Below the pieces are notes generated by a model that did not search any database, was not told the DNA's origin, and saw nothing but the letters and a program-made list of their open reading frames with translations. From the IMG/VR virus record IMGVR_UViG_3300045988_069092: a stretch of DNA of 48,416 nt; one strand, 5' to 3'. This stretch comes from a virus. A program made the position numbers and the translations under genes. Positions 40,901 to 48,416 of the stretch are shown here, in pieces (within the stretch, counting starts at the first letter, position 1; the number at the start of each line of letters is the position of its first letter).

Positions 40901-42156
40901 CCGAAGAAGCTGGCAATAATCTCAGCGACAATCCGAATTGCTTTTGCCAGTGCGATTGCATAAGGCAAAATGGCTTTCAGAATCGGGAGGAAAAGGTTGC
41001 CCAAGGCACGAGTGGCCTGTTCCACCTGCGCTTGCAGAATACGAAGTTGGTTCGCAGGGGCTTCCAGAGTACGAGCCATATCGCCCTGAGCGTTTGTAAC
41101 CTGCGTCATGATAGCATAGTAACGCAACTCGGCCTTTTCAGCCTGAGTCATGCTCGTAACGCTTCCGTCAATGCCGAGGTTGTAGGCTTCCTGTTGCAGA
41201 CGAGCCACAGACAGGTCATAGCCGAGTCTACGAAGCGGCTCAAGCTCACCAGAGATACCAGACTCCAACTTCTGGAAAGCGTCAGAGGTGCTGATATTGT
41301 AGAACGAAGCCAAATCGTAGGTGAGCTGGGTCAGGTTCTTGCTCATGATGTACGCCCGGTCACTCGCAACGCCAAAACCATCGGTAATCGTCATGAAGAC
41401 ACCCTGATTTCGCATCCACTCGCCGGGGTTGATACCCATGATTTCGCCGACCTGCTCCGCATAATTCTGCGCTTCCTTCGCAAACTGACCCATAGACACA
41501 TTGAACAGGTTCATGTTCTCAATGTAGCTGTTGGAGTCAGTAATCCAGCTTGCGATAACACCGGCAATCCTTCTCATGCCCATGTACGCCAAGCTGATTT
41601 TTGCGACGAGGTTCACATAGGATTTGCCGAGTACCGTATTGCTTGCCGCAAGGCTTGTATTGCTCTTGAGCAATCTCTGGATTCTTGCCGGGAACGCAGA
41701 GAAGCCAGCCGCCACCTTTTCCATCTGCGTAGCCAGAGGGGTAATGGCAGTAGCAACTCGATTGCACTGTTCGGCAAAAGAGTCAAGGTCGGTCTTTCTC
41801 AAAGACTCCGTTACGGTGTCAATCTGAGGAGCGAGTTTCACGAGCTTGTCCAGCCCGTTTGCGAGAGAACCAAAGCCAGACTTTTGGACGCTCTCCAAGG
41901 GTTTGAGTGCGTCCACCAGTCCTTGTACTTGCTCCCGTGCAAGGGTCAGCCCTGTCAGGCCAGAAACGCTCTGACTGAACTTCTTGAGAGAGTTCGACAG
42001 TGCGCCAAGGCCAACGCCGCCCTTGCTTACGGGAGCGGTTGCGGCTTTCAGCCGTCTAAGAGACTCGGAAAGTGCGTCTATGCCGCCAACGGCAGATGTA
42101 GAATTAGATTGTACTTCAAGCTCCAACTGCTCGATTGTCGTAGACATAATGCTCAC
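37969..42156 (-). CDS. Tape measure protein
   Basis: 1395 aa, helical with Gly/Ala-rich hydrophobic repeats. It follows the chaperone pair. Confidence 0.9.
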   Translation of the reverse strand: MSIMSTTIEQLELEVQSNSTSAVGGIDALSESLRRLKAATAPVSKGGVGLGALSNSLKKFSQSVSGLTGLTLAREQVQGLVDALKPLESVQKSGFGSLANGLDKLVKLAPQIDTVTESLRKTDLDSFAEQCNRVATAITPLATQMEKVAAGFSAFPARIQRLLKSNTSLAASNTVLGKSYVNLVAKISLAYMGMRRIAGVIASWITDSNSYIENMNLFNVSMGQFAKEAQNYAEQVGEIMGINPGEWMRNQGVFMTITDGFGVASDRAYIMSKNLTQLTYDLASFYNISTSDAFQKLESGISGELEPLRRLGYDLSVARLQQEAYNLGIDGSVTSMTQAEKAELRYYAIMTQVTNAQGDMARTLEAPANQLRILQAQVEQATRALGNLFLPILKAILPYAIALAKAIRIVAEIIASFFGVSIPEFDVGADAIGGVASGAGEAADGLGDASKKAKELKNALLGIDELNVISPPEDSAGGGTGLGGIGGGGLGFELPTYDFIGDAVNEQVDKIMAKIKPFLDWVRENIDEILAGVVAIGAAFLAWKIAKGVQDFLRWLSTMKGFNIVGSIGFKIAGLGLFLDAWNTMKEAIQDIMANGANFTNVTKLISGFAEALGAAFLLFGNIKMAGAMLVISGLTGIVSAISDMVNNGVNWDNALFLVKNLGLFLSGLGLLTGNTQLGGVGLIIAGATLIVDNLKGFIEAIRTGDWSGVDAVEVAAGALMMAGGFILALKKLDDLKDSANAGQAARQALETVTTTTTNLDTTINTGLSPKLKSLAKNLGMSLVVIAEVAAAALLVVGAIALMGKGLEQVGIAWEPVIANGGTVATAIGVGTAVLAAVGLAAYALGTGGTTVALNIGIGTAILLELGVAAGLFIVEIWAIGKGLDEIGQAWEPVLNNGERIATAIGVGTGLLVAIGVVTAALGAATVASAGLLPLAIGLGTALLVELAAAFILFVESLVAVANELNYRLDPPLMALNEKLPGLSSNMSDFVDFMTEFAGQVVRYTEVSAIAGLSATIDTIIGWFTQDPIDKLANDVEDISEQTSNLNTKLEVAVPELQTAATLLQNYKNLLTQIENLCNNNVELSTGMFVNMKEVGQNLVTGFVDGIQSKSGDYSNAARTLVEGFKTQLSASSETCKSTVIAWASNVKNWFTQAGYGGINRNTFQNYAKDIVSGFGSGITGSYNNCKSSMTAWASNTKSWFTEIVSRNAFYNIGKDVVSGFNAGINDFYDTTAPYMRKWANAAKNAYKAALDSNSPSKVFMRIGEDTVLGYNLGISNLGSTTKDVVNTWAKSFTSVSPVMRFAVDTSALKYYTSDSFSKSVSADVVNNRNFSVTGFNEGMEEFYREYIEPTLSQMADDMRRQADKNEQTIVQIGNRTVTDAVTTQRKANGYVFVK

Positions 42157-42596
42157 TTCCCTTCAAACTTTTTATTGTGGCTTGCCATGAATCCTTCCAT
42201 CATGCGCTTACCCTTGTCGTACACGCCCTTGGCATGTTCCTCCTCTCTGAGTTCCACCTGCTTCTCAGTGAGTGCGTAGGCTTCCGAGAGATACGGAACA
42301 GGCTTTGCTCCTTTTTTGGCAAAAGCGTGGAGAACGGGGGTAACTCGGCACAGAGCGTCATAGAAGTACGCACCCTGTAACCACATTTCCTGATTTCTGC
42401 GATTCACTCTGAGTTCTTCCGCTTTACGGTATGCCACCACGAGCATACTGTCTTTGTCCCAATACTGTTCCTCGCTCATGCCAATGGCAAGATAGTGGGG
42501 GAACAACTCGTTGAACTTTTCGGTGTAAGTAGAGAGGGGAGCAGTGGCAGAACTACCACCACTCCCCTCAGTGGAGGACAGCGAACCACTTACCAA
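42153..42596 (-). CDS. Tail assembly chaperone, T part, expressed as a G-T fusion by -1 frameshift
   Basis: No ATG start. The frame is entered from the upstream ORF at GGGAAAC (42614-42620). Confidence 0.7.
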   Translation of the reverse strand: MVSGSLSSTEGSGGSSATAPLSTYTEKFNELFPHYLAIGMSEEQYWDKDSMLVVAYRKAEELRVNRRNQEMWLQGAYFYDALCRVTPVLHAFAKKGAKPVPYLSEAYALTEKQVELREEEHAKGVYDKGKRMMEGFMASHNKKFEGK

Positions 42597-42919
42597 GTCG
42601 CTGTCCAGTCCAAGTTTCCCTCGGCTTTCTCAGGCTCCTCAACGAGAGCCAGAATCGGCTCGTTGTACATTTCAGCCAGCTTGCCGATAAGGTCTTCCTT
42701 CTTGGTAAGTTTGGAATAGATGTCGTTGATGATGTCTTCCTTGACGAAACGGTGATGGGCAAGGAACGCACCGGCGAACAGTGCGGGGAGAGTAGTCATG
42801 GGCTTGTCCGTGATGTCGGAAGCGATAAAGCCCTTCTTCTCCATTTCCGCAACCGTTCTGCGGGTAAATTCCAGCGTGTAATCCTTGCCGTCATAGGTGA
42901 AAGTCAACTGCTTTGCCAT
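42590..42919 (-). CDS. Tail assembly chaperone (gpG-like)
   Basis: It lies between the major tail and tape measure genes and contains the slippery heptamer near its 3' end. Confidence 0.75.
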   Translation of the reverse strand: MAKQLTFTYDGKDYTLEFTRRTVAEMEKKGFIASDITDKPMTTLPALFAGAFLAHHRFVKEDIINDIYSKLTKKEDLIGKLAEMYNEPILALVEEPEKAEGNLDWTATW

Positions 42920-42941
42920 GTTTCTGTCCTCCTAAAAATTC

Positions 42942-43370
42942 TTATGCGTCTGCGCCAACAGTGATAGGTGTAGACGGTGCGATAGTGATAGTCATGTCAA
43001 CGACCTCGTTGACACCGCCGCCAACCGGGAACACGGAAAGCTGACCCTTGAACTCAAACTTACCGTCAGTGCCGGTAGGAGTCAGGGTGCCACCCTCGCC
43101 GGTGCCGCCAAACCACACGGCATAGTCCTTCTCCTGACCTTCGAGGGCTTTCAGCTTGGTAAAGTCCTCTTTGGTGTAGTTCGCAGTGAACTCAAGAGCG
43201 TCAAGAGACTGGATACCCGGAATGTAAGTCTGCATATTGTCAGACAGGGTGGTGGTTTCCAGCATTTCGGGTGCGCCGCCGAGGTCGGGAAACTCTTTAA
43301 TGTCGATCAGTTTCTCCCATGTTTCCTCATTCTTCTGCATGAGAAAAATCTTGTAGGTAGAAATTGCCAT
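42942..43370 (-). CDS. Major tail protein
   Basis: Position, size, and GGAGG upstream. The pattern is that of TP901-1/phi13-type tail tube proteins. Confidence 0.75.
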   Translation of the reverse strand: MAISTYKIFLMQKNEETWEKLIDIKEFPDLGGAPEMLETTTLSDNMQTYIPGIQSLDALEFTANYTKEDFTKLKALEGQEKDYAVWFGGTGEGGTLTPTGTDGKFEFKGQLSVFPVGGGVNEVVDMTITIAPSTPITVGADA

Positions 43371-43376
43371 GATATG

Positions 43377-43781
43377 TTACCTCCTGTAAATCGTTTTTTC
43401 TTTGGATATGACAGCTCGGTATCGACCGAGCATACGATAGATTGTCGCATTGTCCTGATTGGGGACAGGTTCAAGCATGGTGCGTGTGAAGTTCAGCTCC
43501 ATCAGGATTTCATCAATGAATCCCACAATTTCCTTGCACTCAGCTTTTTTTCCCTTCGTGCGGTTGGAGTAGACATTCAGCTCGTACATGACCGCCACAT
43601 GGTTTTCCTTGCCCTCGGTGGTCTGCGAGTTTCGGAATGTGGCGTTGTCTACCTCAACGAGCGATACGCACGGGAAGGAGGGCGGTGTCTTGACATACTC
43701 GCCGGTCATGAAGATGTCGGGGTACTTTTCCCGTACTTTTCCAGACACCTCGTTGAAAATCTCGGTTTCAAGGTCAATCAC
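43377..43781 (-). CDS. Tail terminator / tail completion protein
   Basis: Position in the head-tail joining cluster. Confidence 0.55.
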   Translation of the reverse strand: MIDLETEIFNEVSGKVREKYPDIFMTGEYVKTPPSFPCVSLVEVDNATFRNSQTTEGKENHVAVMYELNVYSNRTKGKKAECKEIVGFIDEILMELNFTRTMLEPVPNQDNATIYRMLGRYRAVISKEKTIYRR

Positions 43782-44311
43782 TGAAACACCTCCTTCGCAA
43801 TACTCGCAATTTCATCACAGACGGTCTTCATGGCGTTGTACATGGGCATGACAGCGGGTGCGCCGTGAGTCAGTCTAAGTTCACCGTCCTCATAGAACCC
43901 CCATGTTTTTCGCTTGCCCATGCCCTTGCCGTAGCCGCCAATGGTGAAACCAAGCTCAGCCCCCTTCGGGTGAGGAGAACTGCCAGCAGAACCGTTGTGG
44001 TAAACGCCAGCACCAAATTCCACCCACACAGCGTCCTCGCCAGCGGCGATAACGACCGAGACATTTTCTCGCTCGTCAATGGAGACCTGCACTTCGGCTT
44101 TTCTCACCCCGCCGCTTTCATCGGTCAAATCGTCAACGACTGCACCGTTGAAGCCGCTTTGAGCGAGAGTTCCAATCCGCTCGGCAATCTTCTTCCGAAG
44201 AAGTTCCGTCTTGCGAATGATTTCCCGCTTGTACTGCTCAAGCTCTTTGATAGCTCGGTCAATGTCCTTCTCGGACAGTCTGATACGAATAACCTTCTTA
44301 CCCACTGACAC
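43778..44311 (-). CDS. HK97 gp10-like head-tail joining protein
   Basis: Position and the VWVEFGAG-type motif. Confidence 0.6.
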   Translation of the reverse strand: MSVGKKVIRIRLSEKDIDRAIKELEQYKREIIRKTELLRKKIAERIGTLAQSGFNGAVVDDLTDESGGVRKAEVQVSIDERENVSVVIAAGEDAVWVEFGAGVYHNGSAGSSPHPKGAELGFTIGGYGKGMGKRKTWGFYEDGELRLTHGAPAVMPMYNAMKTVCDEIASIAKEVFQ

Positions 44312-44705
44312 TCACCTTGCTTATCGCCAGCGACACCACATTCAGGCTCTTAGCAACCTTCTTCACGATGTAGTCATGAGGGGTGATGATTTCACCCTTC
44401 TCGTTCACCGCAAGAGAGCCGTTTTCGTCCAGTTGTGGCGTGAGGTCAACCCAAAGCACCGCATATTCATCAATCGGGGGAGCGTCACTGTCCATGACAA
44501 TCACTTTGTCGTAGGACTCGTTCTCCCCGAACTGACGGGTCTGCGTTTCGCCCTTCGCCGCCGAAATGTTGGCGTAGAACTCAGTGGGCTTACCGTGCTG
44601 GACATCATACTCGCCGGTCACATTGCCATACTCGTCTGTAATAGGGGTCTTGCCCTCATACAGCGCATAGAAGAACTTGGTTTTGTTCCTGCTCATACAC
44701 TTCAT
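44298..44705 (-). CDS. Head closure / head-tail adaptor protein
   Basis: Position. The ATG overlaps the upstream stop (TGATG). Confidence 0.55.
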   Translation of the reverse strand: MKCMSRNKTKFFYALYEGKTPITDEYGNVTGEYDVQHGKPTEFYANISAAKGETQTRQFGENESYDKVIVMDSDAPPIDEYAVLWVDLTPQLDENGSLAVNEKGEIITPHDYIVKKVAKSLNVVSLAISKVSVSG

Positions 44706-45019
44706 CAAACCACCCCGCAGTGCGGAATGACCGCTTTCAGCATGGAAGCAGGGACATCACCGTTTTCGTAGGTTCTCGACACACCATTCTCGGTGTGAGA
44801 GGTCTGCCCCTCAGCTCCTCGTTTGTTCAGCATGTACGCCGCAATCTCCACTTGGAGGTGTGCGTACTGCGCCGGGACTTCGCTTATGTCGTTCTGGTAG
44901 GGATAGGCTTTCGCAATAATCTTGCTCCCCGCAAAAGTGAGGTAGGTGGACAACACTTCGTCAGAGTCAGAACTTCCTACCATGACCTTGAGAGCGGTCA
45001 GCTTTTCCTCCTGAGTCAT
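44705..45019 (-). CDS. gp6-like head-tail connector protein
   Basis: Start refined to MTQEEKL after GGAGG. Typical size and position. Confidence 0.6.
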   Translation of the reverse strand: MTQEEKLTALKVMVGSSDSDEVLSTYLTFAGSKIIAKAYPYQNDISEVPAQYAHLQVEIAAYMLNKRGAEGQTSHTENGVSRTYENGDVPASMLKAVIPHCGVV

Positions 45020-45036
45020 GTTGTCGCACCTCCTTC

Positions 45037-45270
45037 TCAATCATTTTTGTCCGAGGTTTCCTCAGAGGGTTCCGGCTCAGGTTCGCTTACGGCGGTTTCC
45101 TCAGAGGGTTCCTCCACAATGAACACACGGTTCAGCGGGTTCTTCCCCTCAGCCAGCTCCTTGATACGAGCCTTGGTCGGCTTGTACCCCTCCACGGGGT
45201 ACACATCACCGACAGCGTAGTGGTGTTCATCATTTTTCAAATCCCGGAATGGGCTGATTACTCGATACAT
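45037..45270 (-). CDS. Small head-associated protein with an acidic tail
   Basis: GGAGG upstream. It lies directly after the capsid gene. Confidence 0.5.
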   Translation of the reverse strand: MYRVISPFRDLKNDEHHYAVGDVYPVEGYKPTKARIKELAEGKNPLNRVFIVEEPSEETAVSEPEPEPSEETSDKND

Positions 45271-45294
45271 TTCTGTCCTCCATTTCCACTTCGA

Positions 45295-46107
45295 TTACAC
45301 GCCGGGAGAGACGGTAATCTTCACAGCCTTGGTCTCGTCAGTCAGAGCGGCAAGATAGTACTTCCGAGAGAAGATGGTGTTCAGACGGGTGTTCGCCGCA
45401 GTCTCGGAACGGTTGTTGGCAGTAACCTGCTCAACCTCGACACCCTTCTTGTTGAACAGGGTGACGGCTTCACGAGTGCCGATGATGATAGTGCCTGTCA
45501 CAGCGTCCTTCTTGGTGTACAGGTTCACACCGGCAACAGTGCCGACATAGCCGCTCACAGCGAACTTCTCGACATACTGCAAGGTGTCTTTCAGAGCCTT
45601 GCGGATGTCAGCCATGTCAGCCGCACAGACAAAGGCGAAGATGGACACGCCCTCAAGGTTCTCAAGGTTCAGAACGCTCTGAGCGTCAGCGAAGCAGTCA
45701 AAATTGAAGCCGCTGGTAACAACCACCTGCGTGGCCTTCTTGAACTCGCCGTAGATGTCGGCATTGACAGTGTTGAACATGTCAGTACCCATGTGACGAA
45801 CGCCGACAGGCACCAGCATGGGGTCGGTCATGGCCTGTTCGTCATAGTACTCGAAGCGGTTCTGCGCCAGCAGAATCTTGTACTCCTCCGGGGTGTAGCT
45901 CACCTCGATGGACTTGGTGTTGCCACTGCCCATTTCCAGCTTCTCAGTGCCATCGGTGGCCTTGTAGACATTGATTTTGCGGGTCATACCGGCCTGTCCC
46001 TCAAGGCTGTTGTCCACCGTGCAGAACTGTTGCAGGTTCAGGTGGGAGTTGTACTGGTCTTCAATCTCGTTGGAGAGATAGAAGTTATCGTAAATCTTGT
46101 GTGCCAT
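45295..46107 (-). CDS. Major capsid protein (N4-gp56-like family)
   Basis: Position after the scaffold gene, 270 aa. The sequence pattern is recalled as the N4-gp56 family. Confidence 0.8.
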   Translation of the reverse strand: MAHKIYDNFYLSNEIEDQYNSHLNLQQFCTVDNSLEGQAGMTRKINVYKATDGTEKLEMGSGNTKSIEVSYTPEEYKILLAQNRFEYYDEQAMTDPMLVPVGVRHMGTDMFNTVNADIYGEFKKATQVVVTSGFNFDCFADAQSVLNLENLEGVSIFAFVCAADMADIRKALKDTLQYVEKFAVSGYVGTVAGVNLYTKKDAVTGTIIIGTREAVTLFNKKGVEVEQVTANNRSETAANTRLNTIFSRKYYLAALTDETKAVKITVSPGV

Positions 46108-46682
46108 TATTCTTTACCTCCATAAAGTTCTTTGTACTCGTCAGGGTGTTCCGTATAGAACTTATGACGCTCTGCCGGGTCGAGCTTTCGGAACTTTTCG
46201 AGCGTCATGGTCTTGGAATCCCCATCGGGGGTAGGTTTCGGTGTATTCTTGAGAGCTTCCGCACGAACCTTCTTCTCAAAGGAAGTCAAGTGCTTCTGCT
46301 GATTGGCAAAGACCTTCTCGGAATCACCATCAGCCATAGCCTCAGCCGTTTCATCGGCGAGGGATTCATCGTAGCCGAGAGCGACCAGCTTCGCCTTGTT
46401 CTTGGCGATAATAGACTCACGCAGGAGCTTGTCGTACTTGTTTTGAAGCTCCTCACGCTCCTCCTGTTCCTTCTGCTTCTTCTGCTCGTCCTCGGTCATT
46501 TTCTCTCTGAGCTGTTTCTTATAGCCAGCGGCTTCGCTATTGCTCTTGGACAGAGCGTTTTTCAGACGCTCAATCTCAGCGGAATTGTCTTCCGGGACAT
46601 TCACCTTTTCCAGAGTGGCTTCGACCTCCTCAAAGGTCATACCCTCCTTGTAAGCGTCCCCAAGCACTTCTTTAAGGTTCAT
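46107..46682 (-). CDS. Scaffolding protein (DUF4355-like)
   Basis: Start refined to MNLKEVLG. Charged coiled coil. It lies between the portal and capsid genes. Confidence 0.75.
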   Translation of the reverse strand: MNLKEVLGDAYKEGMTFEEVEATLEKVNVPEDNSAEIERLKNALSKSNSEAAGYKKQLREKMTEDEQKKQKEQEEREELQNKYDKLLRESIIAKNKAKLVALGYDESLADETAEAMADGDSEKVFANQQKHLTSFEKKVRAEALKNTPKPTPDGDSKTMTLEKFRKLDPAERHKFYTEHPDEYKELYGGKE

Positions 46683-46803
46683 TGTGTTTTCCTCCTTGCG
46701 TTTCATAGGTAGTTCACTCTACACGGATTTCTGTTTGAAGGGTTGTCTCCCTGTTGCGTTTTAAGGTGTTCCCTCACCATAACCAAGCGGAAAACCGCTT
46801 TAA

Positions 46804-48267
46804 TTATTCGTCTTCGTCAGAACCGTTCGGATTTCCCGAACCATCGGTGTTGTTCTGAGCCGTCTTCTGCTGTTGCGCCAGCTTCTCTTGCTGTTCCTCG
46901 TAATACTTCATACTCAGGGTGTATGCTCTCTCCGGGTCAACGAACAAGCCGCTATGCTGGAACGCCAGAAGGGGGTGAATCTTCGGCTGTTGGAGCATGG
47001 ACACCAGAACTTGCGATTTGCTCTGGATGTTCTCGTAGTTGCGTCTGGTGAACTGCAACTCGATGTCTTTCAACCGCAGGTTGATGTTCTCGGACAGGTC
47101 ACGGCAGATACGAAGAACCAGCTTGAGCATTTTCTTCTCTGCCTTTTTGAACATGTGTTCACTGTCCTTGGCTCTCGCTTCCGCAAGAGACCAGCCGTCT
47201 CGCAGGAGTACCGCCGCCCCCGTGTCAGAGGTAGAAGTACCGCCGTTGCGGTTCGGCATACCACAGATAGTGAGAACAGCGTTGTACAAATCGTCCTTGA
47301 GCGTCTGAGTCTGAACCTGATTCAGCTCCTTCACCACGAGGTCAACATCAATGTTCCCGCCGCTGTCGTTGGGCGGCACAAGGATTGCGCCCTCCTCAAG
47401 AAACTCTTTGAACTTCTCCTTCTCAATGCGACAGCCGATGAACTTCCAGAACGCCTGAATGAACTGCTCCACGCCGTCCATGCGGTTGGACTCCGCATTG
47501 TTGATTGCGTCCAGCAGGGGAAGAACAATCTCGAAAGAGCCGAGCCGAGCATTGTTCGCCGGGTACTCGAAAATGGGAATCATGTCCAGCGCATGGGACT
47601 TGGACTCGGCCTTGTTGATGATGTCTCCGTCAATCAACCAGTAGTAGTTCTCGGTGTAGACCGAGTAGTGCGTGACCTCGTTCTCGTCCTTGCTGTACTT
47701 CACTGCCATCAGGGGCTTATTCCCGATTTCATTGGAGTACACAACGAAGGTGTCACGGGGGTCAAGGGTGTACATTTCAAACGGGGACTCGTCTTCCTCG
47801 TTGGGTTCATCGGGCAGAACCAGACGATAAGCGGTTCCGCAAATCATCTGCCACTCCACAATCTCTTGGTCTTGCGTGGCCTTATCCTCAGCGAACATCA
47901 GCTCGTTCAGGGCGGTAATGCCCTTGGTGACGCTCTCCTCGGTGCTTCTACCGATGTACTGAATCGGCTCACCGCACAGGTAGCCGACCTTGAAGGAGAC
48001 AATCTCGTTTGCCCGGTTCTCCACAATCTTGTTGCAGATTTCAGGACGGACATCCTTTTTCCGATTCAAAATCGGCTGTTTGCCCTTGTAGTAGTTCCAC
48101 AGGTAATCAATCTCGCTTCGGTTGAAAGCGTGGTCGCTGAGAGCTTTCTGCAAGACCTCGACCACATTCCCGTCCGTGATTTCCTTCACGCTGGATTTGA
48201 TAACCCGTCTGCCACTCATTTGCCGAGTCTCGCTCATGGGCTTGGAAGTGTCGATTTCGTTTCCCAA
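46804..48267 (-). CDS. Portal protein (SPP1 gp6-like)
   Basis: YLWNYYKGKQPILNR and the overall pattern. The start is probably TTG (48267) after GGAGGGA, or ATG at 48237. The ORF-track N-terminus is the hairpin repeat. Confidence 0.85.
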   Translation of the reverse strand: MGNEIDTSKPMSETRQMSGRRVIKSSVKEITDGNVVEVLQKALSDHAFNRSEIDYLWNYYKGKQPILNRKKDVRPEICNKIVENRANEIVSFKVGYLCGEPIQYIGRSTEESVTKGITALNELMFAEDKATQDQEIVEWQMICGTAYRLVLPDEPNEEDESPFEMYTLDPRDTFVVYSNEIGNKPLMAVKYSKDENEVTHYSVYTENYYWLIDGDIINKAESKSHALDMIPIFEYPANNARLGSFEIVLPLLDAINNAESNRMDGVEQFIQAFWKFIGCRIEKEKFKEFLEEGAILVPPNDSGGNIDVDLVVKELNQVQTQTLKDDLYNAVLTICGMPNRNGGTSTSDTGAAVLLRDGWSLAEARAKDSEHMFKKAEKKMLKLVLRICRDLSENINLRLKDIELQFTRRNYENIQSKSQVLVSMLQQPKIHPLLAFQHSGLFVDPERAYTLSMKYYEEQQEKLAQQQKTAQNNTDGSGNPNGSDEDE

Positions 48268-48294
48268 GACTGTCCCTCCTCTCCTCAGAAATTG

Positions 48295-48343
48295 AAAATG
48301 GCGCATGACTGTTTGAGCTTTTCGCTCTCGCAATCATGCGCCA
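48295..48343 (-). promoter_or_regulatory. 49-nt structured leader/terminator-like hairpin, copy 2, upstream of portal
   Basis: Identical to 2277-2325. It lies about 20-65 nt downstream of the predicted transcription start of the promoter at 48370-48398. Confidence 0.7.
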
Positions 48344-48369
48344 CATCTATGCCATAATTATTCGTGTAT

Positions 48370-48398
48370 ATTATAGCATTTCGGTTCGTAAAAGTCAA
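48370..48398 (-). promoter_or_regulatory. Near-consensus sigma-A-type promoter of the structural operon. It spans the circularisation junction and is also present at 9-37.
   Basis: Minus strand reads TTGACT (48393-48398), a 17-nt spacer, then TATAAT (48370-48375). Confidence 0.7.
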
Positions 48399-48416
48399 GT
48401 TCTAATTCTTGTTTTA

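Overview
The window is a complete, circularly closed temperate siphovirus-type phage genome. Its unique length is about 48,361 bp, because bases 1-55 are identical to 48362-48416. Strong GGAGG Shine-Dalgarno sites suggest a Gram-positive (Bacillota/Clostridia-like) host; this is inference. Almost all genes are on the minus strand. In minus-strand order the modules are: consensus promoter; portal, scaffold, N4-gp56-like major capsid; head-tail joining genes; major tail; G/GT chaperones with a GGGAAAC slippery site; tape measure; baseplate and fibre genes; a diversity-generating retroelement (DGR) aimed at the fibre C-terminus; and an endolysin/holin cassette. Next comes an accessory island with tRNA-Ala-like fragments and a fused C5-methyltransferase/BsuBI-PstI-like nuclease, followed by a plus-strand lysogeny unit (CI-like repressor and large serine recombinase). 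The early region follows: cro-like, SLT, RecU-like, SF2 helicase, PolB fused in frame to an ERF-like annealase, YqaJ exonuclease, SSB-like, HD hydrolase, prim-pol, MazF-like toxin, ThyX, D5/P4 helicase and RtcB. The last block is terS, a promoter-to-terminator moron cassette, a GC-rich non-coding block, an XRE regulator, a small serine recombinase, terL and an HNH endonuclease. The best-supported special system is the DGR: by hand alignment all 21 TR/VR mismatches fall at template adenines, and no Avd gene is present. Structures that the gene list does not explain are: three dispersed 108-109-bp nested palindromes at module boundaries, one abutting the small serine recombinase; an identical 49-nt terminator-like hairpin in front of both terL and portal; tandem tRNA-Ala-like acceptor minihelix modules; a 14-mer operator shared by the XRE and mazF-like promoters; an ATAGTCG iteron array at terS; a G17 tract inside a replication gene; and an ACG at the integrase start position. 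All family assignments come from motif recognition by eye, and no database search was possible.
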